A model generated the notes under the pieces. It was not told the DNA's origin. It ran no database searches and was given only the letters and a program-made list of their open reading frames with translations. Below are positions 7,918-18,769 of a DNA stretch of 64,000 nucleotides, piece after piece (position 1 is the stretch's first letter; each line of letters opens with the position of its first letter). The position numbers were made by a program, and so were the translations under genes. Source of the stretch: Ignavibacteriota bacterium (GTDB taxonomy: Bacteria; Bacteroidota; Ignavibacteria; UBA10030; UBA6906). The DNA is taken from the NCBI GenBank assembly GCA_963808715.1, contig CAWEHG010000015.1:8732-72731 (forward strand). The letters run 5' to 3'.

Positions 7918-10710
7918 TTACTGTACCGGCTTTCCGTCCGGATCCACCAGCTTCAGCTCACCGTAGTTCAGCTCCCGGATCCCCTTTTCGATCTTGTTCC
8001 GGTCGCCCACCACCACCCAGACGAGCGACGAGGGGGTGATCACCGACTTCGCTGCGGCGGCGATGTCGGCCTGCGACAACGCACCCAGGCGCGCGCCGTA
8101 GCCCTGATAGTAGTCCTCGGGCCATCCGTAGCGGATGACCTCGTTCATGGAACCGAGGATGGCCGAGTTCGTCTCCCAGCGCCCGGGCAGCTGCAGGGTC
8201 ATGTTTCCCTTCGCCTTCGTCACCTCGTCCGCGGTCGGCGGCCGGGTCGTCAGGATTCCGTGAACTCCTTCGTGATCTCGACCATGGACTCCTTGGTCTT
8301 GTCGGTCTGCACCGGCGCGCATAGCGATGAACGGCCGCTGGCCGCGCGCGTCGGGGAGGAACATCGCGCGCGCCGTAGGACCAGTGCTTGTCCTCGCGCA
8401 GGTTCATGTTGATGCGCGAGGTGAACGTGCCGCCGAGGATCGTGTTCATCGTCTCGATGGCGATCTCGTCGGGGTTCGTTGTCGGCGGGGCGAGGTGCGC
8501 CGCGAAGATGACCGACTGCTGCGCGCCCGGCTTGTCGATGATGTAGACGCCGGTGCTCGGCCGGCTTCACGGCACGTCGAGATGTTCTTCTTCGGGCACG
8601 TCGCCCGGCTTCCAGTCCTCGAAGAGCTTCTCGAGCTTCGGCTGGAGTCTCGGCGAGCGTCGTGTCGCCGACGACGATCAGCGTGGCGTTGTTGGGCTTG
8701 AACCAGGTCTCGTGGAACTCCACGAGATCGTCGCGCGTGAGCGTCGTGACCGACGGCCTCGTGCCCGAGCCGGTGAACGGGTTGCCGTAGGCGTGGTCCG
8801 GCGCCGTAGAGCAGGCCCGGCAGGACGCGCAGCGCCATCTGCGATGGGCTGCGCCTTCTCGCGCTGGATGCCGCCAGCGATCTGCTGCTTCTGCAGGCGC
8901 TCGAAATCGGCCTCGGGGAAGCGCGGGTTCAGGATCGACGTCGGCGATACAGCGTCGAGCGACGGCGTCGAGGTTGGCCTTCAGCGCGGACAGCGAGACG
9001 CGACGAGGTGTCCAGGCGGCTCCGGTGCCGAGCGTCGCGCCCAGCCGCTGCGAGCTCGTCGCTGATCTCAGCGCGGTCCGCGTCTTCGTGCCCTCGTCCA
9101 GCATGTCCATGGCCAGGCTGGCGGTGCCGGGCGACGCGACCTGGTCGGCGGCGTAGCCGGCGTCGAAGCAGCAGGTCGAAGTCGACGACCGGGATCGCCG
9201 TGCGCGCTCGGCGAGGACGATCTTCAGGCCGTTGGACAGCGTGGCCCGCTCGACTCGGGAACTTCGCGACCGGCGGCTGCGCCGGGCTCCGGCAGCTTCG
9301 AGCGGTCGACGCCGCTTGGCGGCGGCTGGCGTAGCTGCGGGAACGGATGGACCTCGAGGATGTAGACGCCGTCGGAGAGCCAGCTCCTTGGCGCGCCTCC
9401 TGCACGTCGTCGGCCGTCGCCGCCTGCTCGACGTGCGAGCGCGTGTCTTGTAGGCGTCGGGGTCGCCGCCGAAGACCTGGTTCGTGGCCAGGATGTCGGA
9501 CTTGCCGCCGAAGCCGCCGATGCGCTCGATGCCGCGGATGAAGCCGGCGACGTACTCGGTCTTCACGCGCTCGAGCTCGTCCTCGCGTCGGGCCCTTCGT
9601 CGAGGAACCTGCGCCAGCTCCTCGTCCATGGCCTTCTCGACCTTCGCGAGGTCGCCGCCGGGCTTGGCCGTGGCCTCGACGATGAACTGGCTGGCGATCT
9701 CGCGCGGGTCGACGTAGGCGGAGACGTCGGTGGCGATCTGGTCGTCGTAGACCAGCCGCTTGTAGAGGCGCGAGGTCTTCCCGGCCGAGAGGACGTCGCG
9801 CGGCGAGGTCGAGCAGGTACTCGTCCTCGGCGTCCCGACGCCGGGACGTTCCAGACCTTGTAGATCCGCGCCTGCGGCACGCGGTCCTGCAGCACTGCCG
9901 CGCTGCGTGCCGGTGCGCTTGGCGATCCACTGCGTCGTGCTGCGCGACCGGCGGGCCGGGCGGGATGTCGCCGAAGTACTTCTTCGACCTTCTCCAGCGC
10001 CGTCCTGCGGTTCGACGTCGCCGGCGATCGACGAGCACGGCGTTGGCGGGGCCGTAGTAGGTCTTGAACCACTCCTTCACGTCGTCGAGCGAGGCGGCGT
10101 TCAGGTCCTCCATCGAGCCGATCACCGTCCAGGAGTAGGGATGGCCGGCGGGAAGATGGCCTTGGCGATCAGTTCGTCGGCGATCGGCCGTAGGGCTGGT
10201 TCTCGCCCTGGCGCTTCTCGTTCTGCACGACGCCGCGCTGCTCGTCGAGCTTCGCCTGGTCGATCGCGCCCAGCAGGTGGCCCATGCGGTCGGATTCCAT
10301 CCAGAGGACCAGGTCGAGCGCCGAGGTCGGGACGTTCTCGAAGTAGTTCGTGCGGTCCTCGCTGGTCGTGCCGTTCAGGTCGGTGGCGCCGAGCCGCTCC
10401 ATGGCCTTGAAGTAGTCGTCGTTGAAGTTCTCGCTGCCGTTGAACATCAGGTGCTCGAACAGGTGGGCGAAACCGGTCTTGCCGGGCTTCTCGTTCTTGG
10501 AGCCGACGTGGTACCAGACGTTCACGGCCACGATCGGGGCCTTGTGGTCCTCGTGGACGATCACGGTCAGGCCGTTGTCGAGCACGAACTTCTTGTAGGG
10601 GATGTCGATCACATCGGCGGCCGCTGGTTCTGTGCCAGGGCGGTGACCGCGCCGGCCAGCAGGACCGGCAGGAAAAGCATGAAGAGCAACTGGGTGGGTC
10701 GCATGCGCAT
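7918..10710 (-). pseudogene. M16 (pitrilysin-family) zinc peptidase, about 930 aa with two halves, heavily fragmented as sequenced
   Basis: ATG at plus 10708-10710 with GGAG 5 nt upstream: MRMRPTQLLFMLFLPVLLAGAVTALAQ. Then VIDIPYKKFVLDNGLTVIVHEDHKAPIVAVNVWYHVGSKNEKPGKTGFAHLFEHLMFNGS (HxxEH). More M16 segments are scattered over ORFs 10122..10784, 8929..10125, 9563..10072, 8250..9629, 8446..8838, 7958..8449 and 7918..8364 (KKYFGDIPPGPPV, AVLQDRVPQARIYKVWNVP, LSNGLKIVLAER, MNTILGGTFTSRINMNLREDKHWSYGA, ..VVVGDRNKIEKGIRELNYGELKLVDPDGKPVQ). Well over ten frame switches. Confidence 0.75.
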
Positions 10711-10832
10711 CTCCAGGAGGTAAGTGAAAGGCAGGGAGCGGTGTGCTGTCGCTGAAATCTATTCAAAGCGGGGAGAAGATTCAACCCCCGCCACCTCCGG
10801 GCACTTCGTTTTCTTGAGAGAAATCCCTATGT

Positions 10833-13278
10833 TTGGCCATGCAACTCCCCCAACTCCCGGTCACAGACGCCCTTCCGCGGATACGGGAAGCGATACGGCG
10901 TTCGCCCTCGACCATTCTTTCCGCCCCTCCCGGCGCCGGTAAAACGACACTGGTACCTCTCGCCATTCTGGAAAGCGGGATACTCCGGGATTCGCGGATC
11001 ATCATGCTCGAACCGCGCCGATTGGCCGCCCGCCGGGCAGCGGAGTACATGGCGTCACTTATGGGTGAGAAAGTCGGCGGGAAGGTCGGCTACCGGATCC
11101 GCGGCGAGTCAGTGGTCGGCGACAATACCGCGATCGAAGTGGTGACCGAGGGGATCCTGACCCGTATGCTCCAGTCCTCGCCCGACCTTCCCGGTGTCGG
11201 GCTGCTCATCTTCGACGAGTTCCACGAGCGGAGCATTCATGCCGACCTTGGGCTTGCCCTCGCTCTGGACGTGCAGGAGCACCTGCGTCCGGATCTGCGC
11301 CTTCTGGTCATGTCCGCGACTCCGGATACCGACGCGCTCGTTCGCCTCCTCGGTGAACCGGCCATAGTGACCAGCGAAGGGAGGCAATATCCGGTCGAGA
11401 CCCGGTACCGCGCCTTCGCTGTGGAAGGGCCGATCGAGAAATGCGTCGCGGAGACGGTGCTTCGTGCGCTGGAAGAGGAGGAGGGAGACATTTTGGTGTT
11501 CCTGCCGGGGCAACGGGAGATCCGGCGGGTGGAACGGTTGCTGGAGCCGCGATCGCAGGGAGGGGAGGTGCAACTCCATCTATTGTACAGTGAAGCTCCT
11601 CCGGCGCAGCAGCGGTCCGCTCTTTCACCTGCCCCGCGCGGTGGACGAAAGGTCATCCTCGCCACCAACGTGGCGGAGACCAGCCTGACGATCGACGGGG
11701 TCCGCGTGGTGATAGATTCTGGAATCGATGAGAGTCTCCAGGTTCGACCCCAGGAGGGGAATGTCCGGACTGGAAACCGTCGTCGTCTCCAGGGCGTCGG
11801 CCGATCAGCGTCGCGGGAGAGCCGGCCGGCAGTCCCCCGGGATCTGCTACAGGCTCTGGACGGTGGACCAGGGATCCTCGCTCCCTCCCCATAACGTTCC
11901 GGAGATCCTTTCCACGGATCTCGCGCCCCTGGCCCTCGAACTTGCCGGGTGGGGGGGCGGGCTGCGTTTCATCGATCCGCCTCCTCCGGCACATCTTGCG
12001 CAGGCACGAACGGTCTTGACCGGGCTTGGAGCCCTTGACGCTTTGGGCCGGATCACGCTCCACGGAAAAGCGATCAGGGAACTCCCGGTCCATCCAAGGC
12101 TCGCGCACATGATCCTGGCCGCACGAGAGTTCGGGCGTGACGCGCTTGCCTGCGAGGTCGCTGCGCTTCTGGAGGAGCCGGGCCGGGGCGATCGGGAGGC
12201 CGACTTCCGCGCACACTGGCAGGCCGTGCGTGAAGGACGTGGGGATCGGGAGGGAAGGATCCGCCGGGAGGTCCGACGGTTGCGGGCGATCGTCGGTGCG
12301 CGAGAGGAAGAGGGGAGCGAGGATTCTCTCGGGATCCTCCTCGCGCTGGCCTACCCCGACAGGATCGGGAAACGCCGGCCGGACGGCAGGTATCTCCTCT
12401 CCGGCGGAACCGGCGCGGTCATTCCCGCCGGCAGCCTGCTTGCCCGTAGTGAGTTCCTCGCTGTCGCCCATCTCGATGCATCGGGAACCGAAGCGATGGT
12501 CCGGCTCGCCGCGCCGGTGACACGGGAAGAACTGTTGAAGGTCTTCGGCCCGGTCCTCAACGATCAGGAGGAGATCGGATGGGACGGTCAGGCCGTCACT
12601 GGGCGCCGCTCGCGCATGCTCGGCAAGGTCGCACTGGAAGAGCGACCTCTGGAGGTTGACACGGAAACCGCCCTGACAGCCATGCTGGAAGGGGTGAGGA
12701 CCATGGGACTTACCTGCCTGTCCTGGTCAGCGGAGTGCAGTTCGTTGCGGGCCCGGAGCGAGTGGCTCAGGCGCAGCGGCGTTGCCCCGGGAGAATGGCC
12801 GGACCTGAGCGACGACGGGCTGCTGGCTGACCTCGCAGGATGGCTCGGACCACATCTGCACGGCGTCACCAGGAAGAGCCAGCTGGAGAGGCTCGACACG
12901 AGCGGGATGCTCCGCGCCTACCTGGGCCACCGGCGGATGGCGGATCTGGAGCGGCTGGCTCCGGCGTTCCTTGCGGTCCCGACAGGTTCGAGGATCCGCC
13001 TCGACTACGAATCGGGACCGGTCCTCGCGGTCAAGCTGCAGGAGATGTTCGGACAGGTCAACACTCCCACTGTGGCCGGGGGAAAGGCCGCGGTGCTGAT
13101 CCACCTGCTCTCGCCAGCAGGGCGCCCTCTCGCCATCACGCAGGACCTTCCGAATTTCTGGCAGAAGGTCTATCCGGAGGTGAGAAAGGAGATGCGGGGC
13201 CGATACCCTAAGCATCCCTGGCCCGAGGATCCCCTCTCCGCCATCCCGACCCGGAGGACAAAGAAACGGGCGAGATGA
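10833..13278 (+). CDS. hrpB: ATP-dependent helicase HrpB (DEAH-box), one frame break
   Basis: ORFs 10833..11894 and 11728..13278. APPGAGKTT Walker A, LLIFDEFHERS, ..VVIDSGI / RVSRFDPRRGMSGLETVVVSRASADQRRGRAGR, C-terminal ..RGRYPKHPWPEDP. Frame change near 11724-11731. Confidence 0.85.
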
Positions 13279-13370
13279 GGAACCCTCCCGGGAATTCTTC
13301 CGGGCGGACAAGTGTTTGCATCATCGGCTGGAGTTGCTGCACTTTCATCACCAATACGAAAGGGATCCTC

Positions 13371-13778
13371 ATGGGACTGCTCGATAGTATCCTCGGAAAG
13401 GTCGCCGGCGGCGCATCAGGTGGGATCGACCCAAAGCTGATCTCCACGGTCATGGGCCTGCTTGGCGACTCGAAATCCGGAGGCCTCAACGGCCTGATCG
13501 AATCCTTCACGAAGAACGGCCTCGGAGACATCATCTCGTCGTGGGTGGGCACGGGAAAGAACCTTCCCATCTCTCCCGAACAGATCACCAGGGCGCTGGG
13601 TCAGGGGAAGATCGGCCAGCTCGCTTCGCAGACCGGTCTGTCCAAGGACGATCTGACCAAGCACCTCTCCAGTCTCCTTCCGGGGATCGTGGATAAACTG
13701 ACCCCGCAGGGAAAGGTCCCGGAAGGGGACCTGCTGCAGCAGGGGCTGAATCTTCTCAAAGGCAATTTCAAGTTCTAA
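13371..13778 (+). CDS. YidB/DUF937 family protein
   Basis: Internal ATG 13371 of ORF 13275..13778: MGLLDSILGKVAGG..GGLNGLIESFTKNGLGDIISSWVGTGKNLPISPEQI..LSKDDLTKHLSSLLPGIVDKLTPQGKVPE. Confidence 0.8.
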   Translation: MGLLDSILGKVAGGASGGIDPKLISTVMGLLGDSKSGGLNGLIESFTKNGLGDIISSWVGTGKNLPISPEQITRALGQGKIGQLASQTGLSKDDLTKHLSSLLPGIVDKLTPQGKVPEGDLLQQGLNLLKGNFKF

Positions 13779-15687
13779 CACACCAGGAAGCGATAACCTC
13801 CCTGTTGCGTGGATTGCAGATGTTCTTCCCCTCCGGGGTGAAGAGGTATTCGAGCCGGGCCAGGTGTCTTTCCACGATCCTGGCCCGGACGATCTTCAGG
13901 GTGCTGTTCATCATACCGTTCTGCTCCGTGAAGCCCTCCGCCAGCACCGCCATGGCCGCGGGGAGCCACCGTTCCGGGAAAACACCCCCCGCATGCCCGC
14001 CGGGTCGAAACGCATCGATCTCCTTTTCCAGCATGCGGAGTGCAGCGTCCTGTCCTTCGGCGGTGTCGGGGCGAAGGTGGTGATGCTCCATCCAGCGGAG
14101 TACCGATTCCTTGTTCGGTACGACAAGCGCCACGGTGTAGGGCGACTGGTTGTTGAACAGCATCACCTGGTCGAAGACCCTTGAAGCGCTGCAGAGCGAC
14201 TCTTCGATCCCTTCGGGGCTGTACTTCTCCCCGTCCGCGGCGATCAGCAGGCTCTTCGTCCGGCCGAGCACGTAGAGGTAGCCATCCCCATCGAGGTATC
14301 CGAGATCGCCGGTGTAGAGCCAGCCGTCCCGGATCGTTTCCCGCGTGGCCTTCTCGTTCCGGTAGTAGCCGGCCATGACGTTCTCCCCCCGCACCACGAT
14401 CTCTCCCTGAGACCCGGCCGGTAGCAGCCGGCCCTGGTCGTCGCAGATCCTGACCTCGAGGTCGGGGACCAGGCATCCTGACGAGCCGAGTTTGTGGCGT
14501 GCCGGCGTGTTCGCGGAGATCACCGGGGAGGCTTCGGAGAGCCCGTATCCCTGGTACATCGGCATGCCGATGGCGTAGAAGAACCGCTGGAGTTCGATAT
14601 CGAGCAGGGCTCCCCCCCCGATGAAGAACTCCAGCCGGCCGCCGAAGTTGGCGCGGACCTTCCTGAAGAGGATGGCGTCGAACACGAGCTTGAGTGGGAA
14701 GAGCAAGGCGCGCCATCCGTGCCCGCGGTTCCAACCGTCGGCGTTGTACGCGGTGGCGACCGCGAGCCCCGCCCGGAAGAGGGCCGCCGCGACCGCTCCC
14801 TTCTGCCGCACCCCTGCCTCGATGTTCTTGCGGAAGTTCCGCGCGAGAGCCGGGACGCTGAGCAGGAACACCGGCCGGGTCTCCCTGATGTTGATCGGGA
14901 TGTTCTTGATCGTCTCGAGCGCGGTCCTGCCGCTCTGGACCGATGCCATGCTCGCCCCGTTCCGCATCAAGGTGTAGATCCCCGCGGTGTGAGCGAAGCA
15001 ATGGTCCCAGGGGAGGATCAGCAACGACGTGTACCAGTCGGGGACGGAGATGATCGCGGACGACTGTTCGACGTTGGCGGTGTAGTTCCGGTGGGTGAGG
15101 ATGACCCCCTTGGGATCGGCGGTGGTGCCTGAGGTGTAGCAGATCGTGGCTGGATCCTTTTCCTTCACCATCCGCTTCCGCTCCTCCAGTTCGTTCGTCC
15201 CGGTGCGGAGGAAGTCGCGGCCGAGGAGATGCAGATCCTCCAGCGGCAGCTCTCCGCTGAGGCGCTGTTCCACCCGGTCCAGCAGGACCACCGTACGCAC
15301 CGCGGGAAGATCCTTTCGGGCGGCCCGGACCTTCGCCAGCTGCGAGCCGGAGGCGACGATCATGCAGCATTCCGAGTGGGCGAGTCGGAAAACCAGGTCC
15401 GGCCCCTCCTGCAGCTTCACCGAGAGAGGGACGTTGATCGCACCGGCGCAGAGGATGCCCAGCTCGGCGATCACCCAGTCGTTTCGCCCTTCGGCCAGGA
15501 GCGCGACGCGGTCACCGGCGCTGATCCCCAGGCTCACAAGACCGGCAGCGAAGCTCTGGACCAGCTCGTACGCCTCGCGGTAGGTCGTCCCGGCGTACGC
15601 GGCGTCGCGTTTTTCGAGCAGCAGCGTATTGCCGGGGAAGCGGCGGACGCTCTCCTCGAACAGGGTGATCAGGGTTTCATTTCTCAT
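13768..15687 (-). CDS. long-chain acyl-CoA synthetase (AMP-forming)
   Basis: ORF 13768..15759(-), start moved to MRNETLITLFEESV. AMP-binding motif ICYTSGTTADPKGVILTHRNY; ..GWLYTGDLGYLDGDGYLYVLGRTKSL. Intact over about 1.9 kb. Confidence 0.85.
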   Translation of the reverse strand: MRNETLITLFEESVRRFPGNTLLLEKRDAAYAGTTYREAYELVQSFAAGLVSLGISAGDRVALLAEGRNDWVIAELGILCAGAINVPLSVKLQEGPDLVFRLAHSECCMIVASGSQLAKVRAARKDLPAVRTVVLLDRVEQRLSGELPLEDLHLLGRDFLRTGTNELEERKRMVKEKDPATICYTSGTTADPKGVILTHRNYTANVEQSSAIISVPDWYTSLLILPWDHCFAHTAGIYTLMRNGASMASVQSGRTALETIKNIPINIRETRPVFLLSVPALARNFRKNIEAGVRQKGAVAAALFRAGLAVATAYNADGWNRGHGWRALLFPLKLVFDAILFRKVRANFGGRLEFFIGGGALLDIELQRFFYAIGMPMYQGYGLSEASPVISANTPARHKLGSSGCLVPDLEVRICDDQGRLLPAGSQGEIVVRGENVMAGYYRNEKATRETIRDGWLYTGDLGYLDGDGYLYVLGRTKSLLIAADGEKYSPEGIEESLCSASRVFDQVMLFNNQSPYTVALVVPNKESVLRWMEHHHLRPDTAEGQDAALRMLEKEIDAFRPGGHAGGVFPERWLPAAMAVLAEGFTEQNGMMNSTLKIVRARIVERHLARLEYLFTPEGKNICNPRNREVIASWCVRT

Positions 15688-15916
15688 GGCGTTCGGGGGC
15701 CTGGTGAGGAGGGATGGCAGTGTGTGGGTGAAAATAGCGGAGGAATCGGCAAGAATCAAGGCGAACCGGCGGTCTCCTGCAGTGAACGATCGAGGCTTGT
15801 GGGAGACGAACGGCTCCCCTATATTCCTTCGTGGATGACAGGATCATGACATCGTGGTCTGCCGGGATCCGGATATTCCTGGGGAGTGATCCGTCCGCCA
15901 CCAACCGGAGGAGACG

Positions 15917-16798
15917 ATGAAACTGCACAGAGCGTTCGCACCCGTTTGCTGCCTCTGCCTCCTGGTCATCGGGGGCTGGACTTCTGCACGGACACAGACC
16001 GATTCCACCGCTCAGCTGTACAAACTGCTCATGGTGGACGGCTCGGAACTGGTTGGCACGATCGTGTCATCCGTCCCGGACACCGTGGTCTTCAGGACCG
16101 GCTCCGGGATGACGATGACCATCCCCAGGACGAGCATCCAGGAGCTCAGGCCTGCCTCCGGGGAGTACGTCGGCGGAGAGTACCGCCGGTACGACCCGAA
16201 CACCTCGCGGCTGCTGATCGGTCCCACCGGCCGGCCGCTCAAGCAAGGGCAGGGGTACTTCGCCGCATACGAGATCTTCTTCACCTACTTCGGCTTCGGC
16301 ATCACCGATAACATCTCACTGGGGGGCGGGATCACGCTGCTGCCCGGGGCTGAAGGGCAGCTGTTCTATATCGCGCCGAAGGTGGGCTTTTCGACCGCTT
16401 CGGAGAACGTCAGCGTTTCTCTCGGGGGGATCTACATGAACACCACCGCGGAGGATGTCGGCGGGCTCGGGGCCGTTTTCGCGATGGGGACATTCGGGCC
16501 TCCGACAGCCTCGTTCACGGCGGGCCTGGGCTACGGTTACGCGGAAGGGGAGTTCAGCGGGAGCCCGCTCCTGGTCTTCGGCGGGGAGGTGCAACTGTCC
16601 AACAGCGTCAAACTCCTGTCGGAGAACTACGTCCCGGTCGGGACCGATGCCGTGATGCTCTCGTTCGGCATCCGGTTCTTCGGCGAGCGGTTGTCGGCCG
16701 ACCTGGGCTTCTTCTATCCGATGAGCGGAGGAGAGGGCATCGATGAGGGCTTCCCCCTGATCCCGTGGCTGGGATTCGCGTACAACTTCGGAAATTGA
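15917..16798 (+). CDS. secreted / outer-membrane-like hypothetical protein
   Basis: ORF 15917..16798. Signal peptide MKLHRAFAPVCCLCLLVIGGWTSARTQ; Gly/aromatic strand pattern; C-terminus ..PWLGFAYNFGN. No family recognised. Confidence 0.5.
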   Translation: MKLHRAFAPVCCLCLLVIGGWTSARTQTDSTAQLYKLLMVDGSELVGTIVSSVPDTVVFRTGSGMTMTIPRTSIQELRPASGEYVGGEYRRYDPNTSRLLIGPTGRPLKQGQGYFAAYEIFFTYFGFGITDNISLGGGITLLPGAEGQLFYIAPKVGFSTASENVSVSLGGIYMNTTAEDVGGLGAVFAMGTFGPPTASFTAGLGYGYAEGEFSGSPLLVFGGEVQLSNSVKLLSENYVPVGTDAVMLSFGIRFFGERLSADLGFFYPMSGGEGIDEGFPLIPWLGFAYNFGN

Positions 16799-16864
16799 CC
16801 CGTTCGTTGATTTGTTGGGGAGTTTGTCGTATCCTCCTGCATCAGACCATCCGCAGGGGGGCCA

Positions 16865-17341
16865 GTGAAGAAGAAGCTTGTCTGGATCATCGCGATCCTC
16901 GTCGCCTGTGCCGTCGCCGCGCAGTTCTACCAGCCGGACCGGACCCACCCGCCGGCCGATCCCGCCCTCGACCTGGCCCAGCACACGCCGGTCCCCAGAG
17001 ACGTTCATCAGCTCCTTCGTCAGGCATGCTATGATTGCCATTCTTACGAGACGGTCTGGCCATGGTACGGCAGGATCTCTCCGGTCTCCTGGCTCCTGGC
17101 GAAGGACGTCACGCAGGGGCGCCGGCACCTGAATTTCTCCCTCTGGGGCAAATACCCGGTGAATCGGCGCGCAATGGCTCTCGGGGAGATCCAGGAACAG
17201 CTGGAGGCGGGGACGATGCCCCCGGCTCAATATGTGATGATGCACAGCGAGGCCAAATTGGACTCCGTAGCCCGGCAGAAGATCATCGCCTGGGCAAAAG
17301 AGCACGAGGGTGTCTCGACGGACGAAAAGGACGACCAGTGA
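16865..17341 (+). CDS. heme-binding domain protein (single CxxCH)
   Basis: ORF 16865..17341. N-terminal anchor MKKKLVWIIAILVACAVAA; LLRQACYDCHSYETVWPWYGRISPVSWLLAKDV..LNFSLW, typical of the haem-binding-domain family. Confidence 0.75.
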   Translation: MKKKLVWIIAILVACAVAAQFYQPDRTHPPADPALDLAQHTPVPRDVHQLLRQACYDCHSYETVWPWYGRISPVSWLLAKDVTQGRRHLNFSLWGKYPVNRRAMALGEIQEQLEAGTMPPAQYVMMHSEAKLDSVARQKIIAWAKEHEGVSTDEKDDQ

Positions 17342-17354
17342 CCAGGAGGGACCT

Positions 17355-18743
17355 ATGAGCTCCAATGGGGTGAATCGGCGTGATCTCTTGAAGACCGGGG
17401 CGCTGTTCGCCATCGGCGCACCATTGTTCGATCTGCTCGAATCGCGACGGGCGGAAGCCGAGCCGCTGGTGCTCGATCAGGAACCCGCGGCGAAACCGGT
17501 CTCCCGGCCCATCACCGCCGTCGTCCTGGGGGCGGGGAACCGGGGAAACGTCTATGCTTCCTACGCGGAGAAATATCCGGACGAGCTGAAGATCGTCGGC
17601 GTTGCGGAGCCGATCGAAGTGCGCAGGGCCAGGTTCTCGGCGCGGTACAACATCCCGGCGGAACACCAGTGGACCACCTGGGAGCATGCCTTCACCGTCC
17701 CGAAGTTCGCCGATGCGGTGATCATCACCACCCCCGATGCGCTGCACTACGGCCCGGCGATGAAGGGGCTGGGGATGGCGTACGACATGATCCTGGAGAA
17801 GCCCATTGCGCAGACCTGGAAGCAGTGTGCCGACATCATGAAGCTGGCGCAGCAGAAAAAGCGGATCGTGGCGATCTGTCACGTACTCCGGTACACGCCC
17901 TACTTCAGGAAACTGAAGGAGGTGATCGATTCCGGCCAGCTGGGGACCGTCGTCAGCGTGTCGCACTTCGAACCGGTGCAGCATGAGCACATGGCCCACT
18001 CCTTCGTGCGGGGGAACTGGAGGAACTCGAAGGAATCCAACTTCATGCTCCTGGCGAAGTCGTGCCACGACCTCGACATGCTCCGATGGCTCATCGGCAA
18101 ACCCTGCACCTCCGTGGCCTCGTACGGCGCCCTCTCGCTCTTCAAGAAGGAGAACGCGCCCGCGGGGAGCACCCTGCGCTGCACGGACGGATGCGCGGTC
18201 GAGGCGACCTGTCCATATTCCGCGCTGAAGATCTACTACCGGAACCGGACCTACCTCGGGCACATGGACCTGCCGGCGGAAGGAGACAAGGGGCCGGCGA
18301 TCCTGGAGCACCTGAAGGCCGGACCCTACGGGCGGTGCGTCTACCACTGCGACAACGACGTGGTGGACCACCAGGTGGTGGCGATGGAGTTCGCCGACAG
18401 GATCACCGCCTCCTTCTCCATGGAGGCGTTCACCGCATACCACGGCCGCAGGACGCGGATCATGGGGACGATGGGTGACGTGGTGGGGGACATGGAACTG
18501 ATGACCGTCACGGACTTCCGGACCGGCAAGGCCACGACCTGGGACGCCACGAAGGCGCTCACCGTCCAGTCAGGGCACGGCGGCGGGGACTACGGCCTCG
18601 TCCACGATTTCCTCAGGGCGGTGGACGCTCAGGATCCGTCGCTGCTCACCTCCACCATCGAGGCGTCGATGGAGAGCCACCTCATCGCCTTCCGGGCCGA
18701 AGAGAGTCGCCTCAAGGGGAAGATGGTGCTGGTCAAGATGTAG
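17355..18743 (+). CDS. Gfo/Idh/MocA-family oxidoreductase with twin-arginine signal
   Basis: ORF 17310..18743, start moved to MSSNGVNRRDLLKTGALFAIGAP (Tat motif). Rossmann AVVLGAGNRGNVYASY; ..ILEKPIAQTW..; intact. Confidence 0.85.
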   Translation: MSSNGVNRRDLLKTGALFAIGAPLFDLLESRRAEAEPLVLDQEPAAKPVSRPITAVVLGAGNRGNVYASYAEKYPDELKIVGVAEPIEVRRARFSARYNIPAEHQWTTWEHAFTVPKFADAVIITTPDALHYGPAMKGLGMAYDMILEKPIAQTWKQCADIMKLAQQKKRIVAICHVLRYTPYFRKLKEVIDSGQLGTVVSVSHFEPVQHEHMAHSFVRGNWRNSKESNFMLLAKSCHDLDMLRWLIGKPCTSVASYGALSLFKKENAPAGSTLRCTDGCAVEATCPYSALKIYYRNRTYLGHMDLPAEGDKGPAILEHLKAGPYGRCVYHCDNDVVDHQVVAMEFADRITASFSMEAFTAYHGRRTRIMGTMGDVVGDMELMTVTDFRTGKATTWDATKALTVQSGHGGGDYGLVHDFLRAVDAQDPSLLTSTIEASMESHLIAFRAEESRLKGKMVLVKM

Positions 18744-18769
18744 CTCGTCACAGTGCATTCGGGAAGACG

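Noticed and set aside
7918-10710. The M16 peptidase region as a horizontally acquired, decaying island (it looks more GC-rich than its flanks)
   Set aside because: No flanking integrase, tRNA or repeats. My GC impression rests on hand counts of a few 60-nt lines only. The damage is almost exclusively indels with motifs intact, which fits sequence error better. Kept only as part of the error-density finding.
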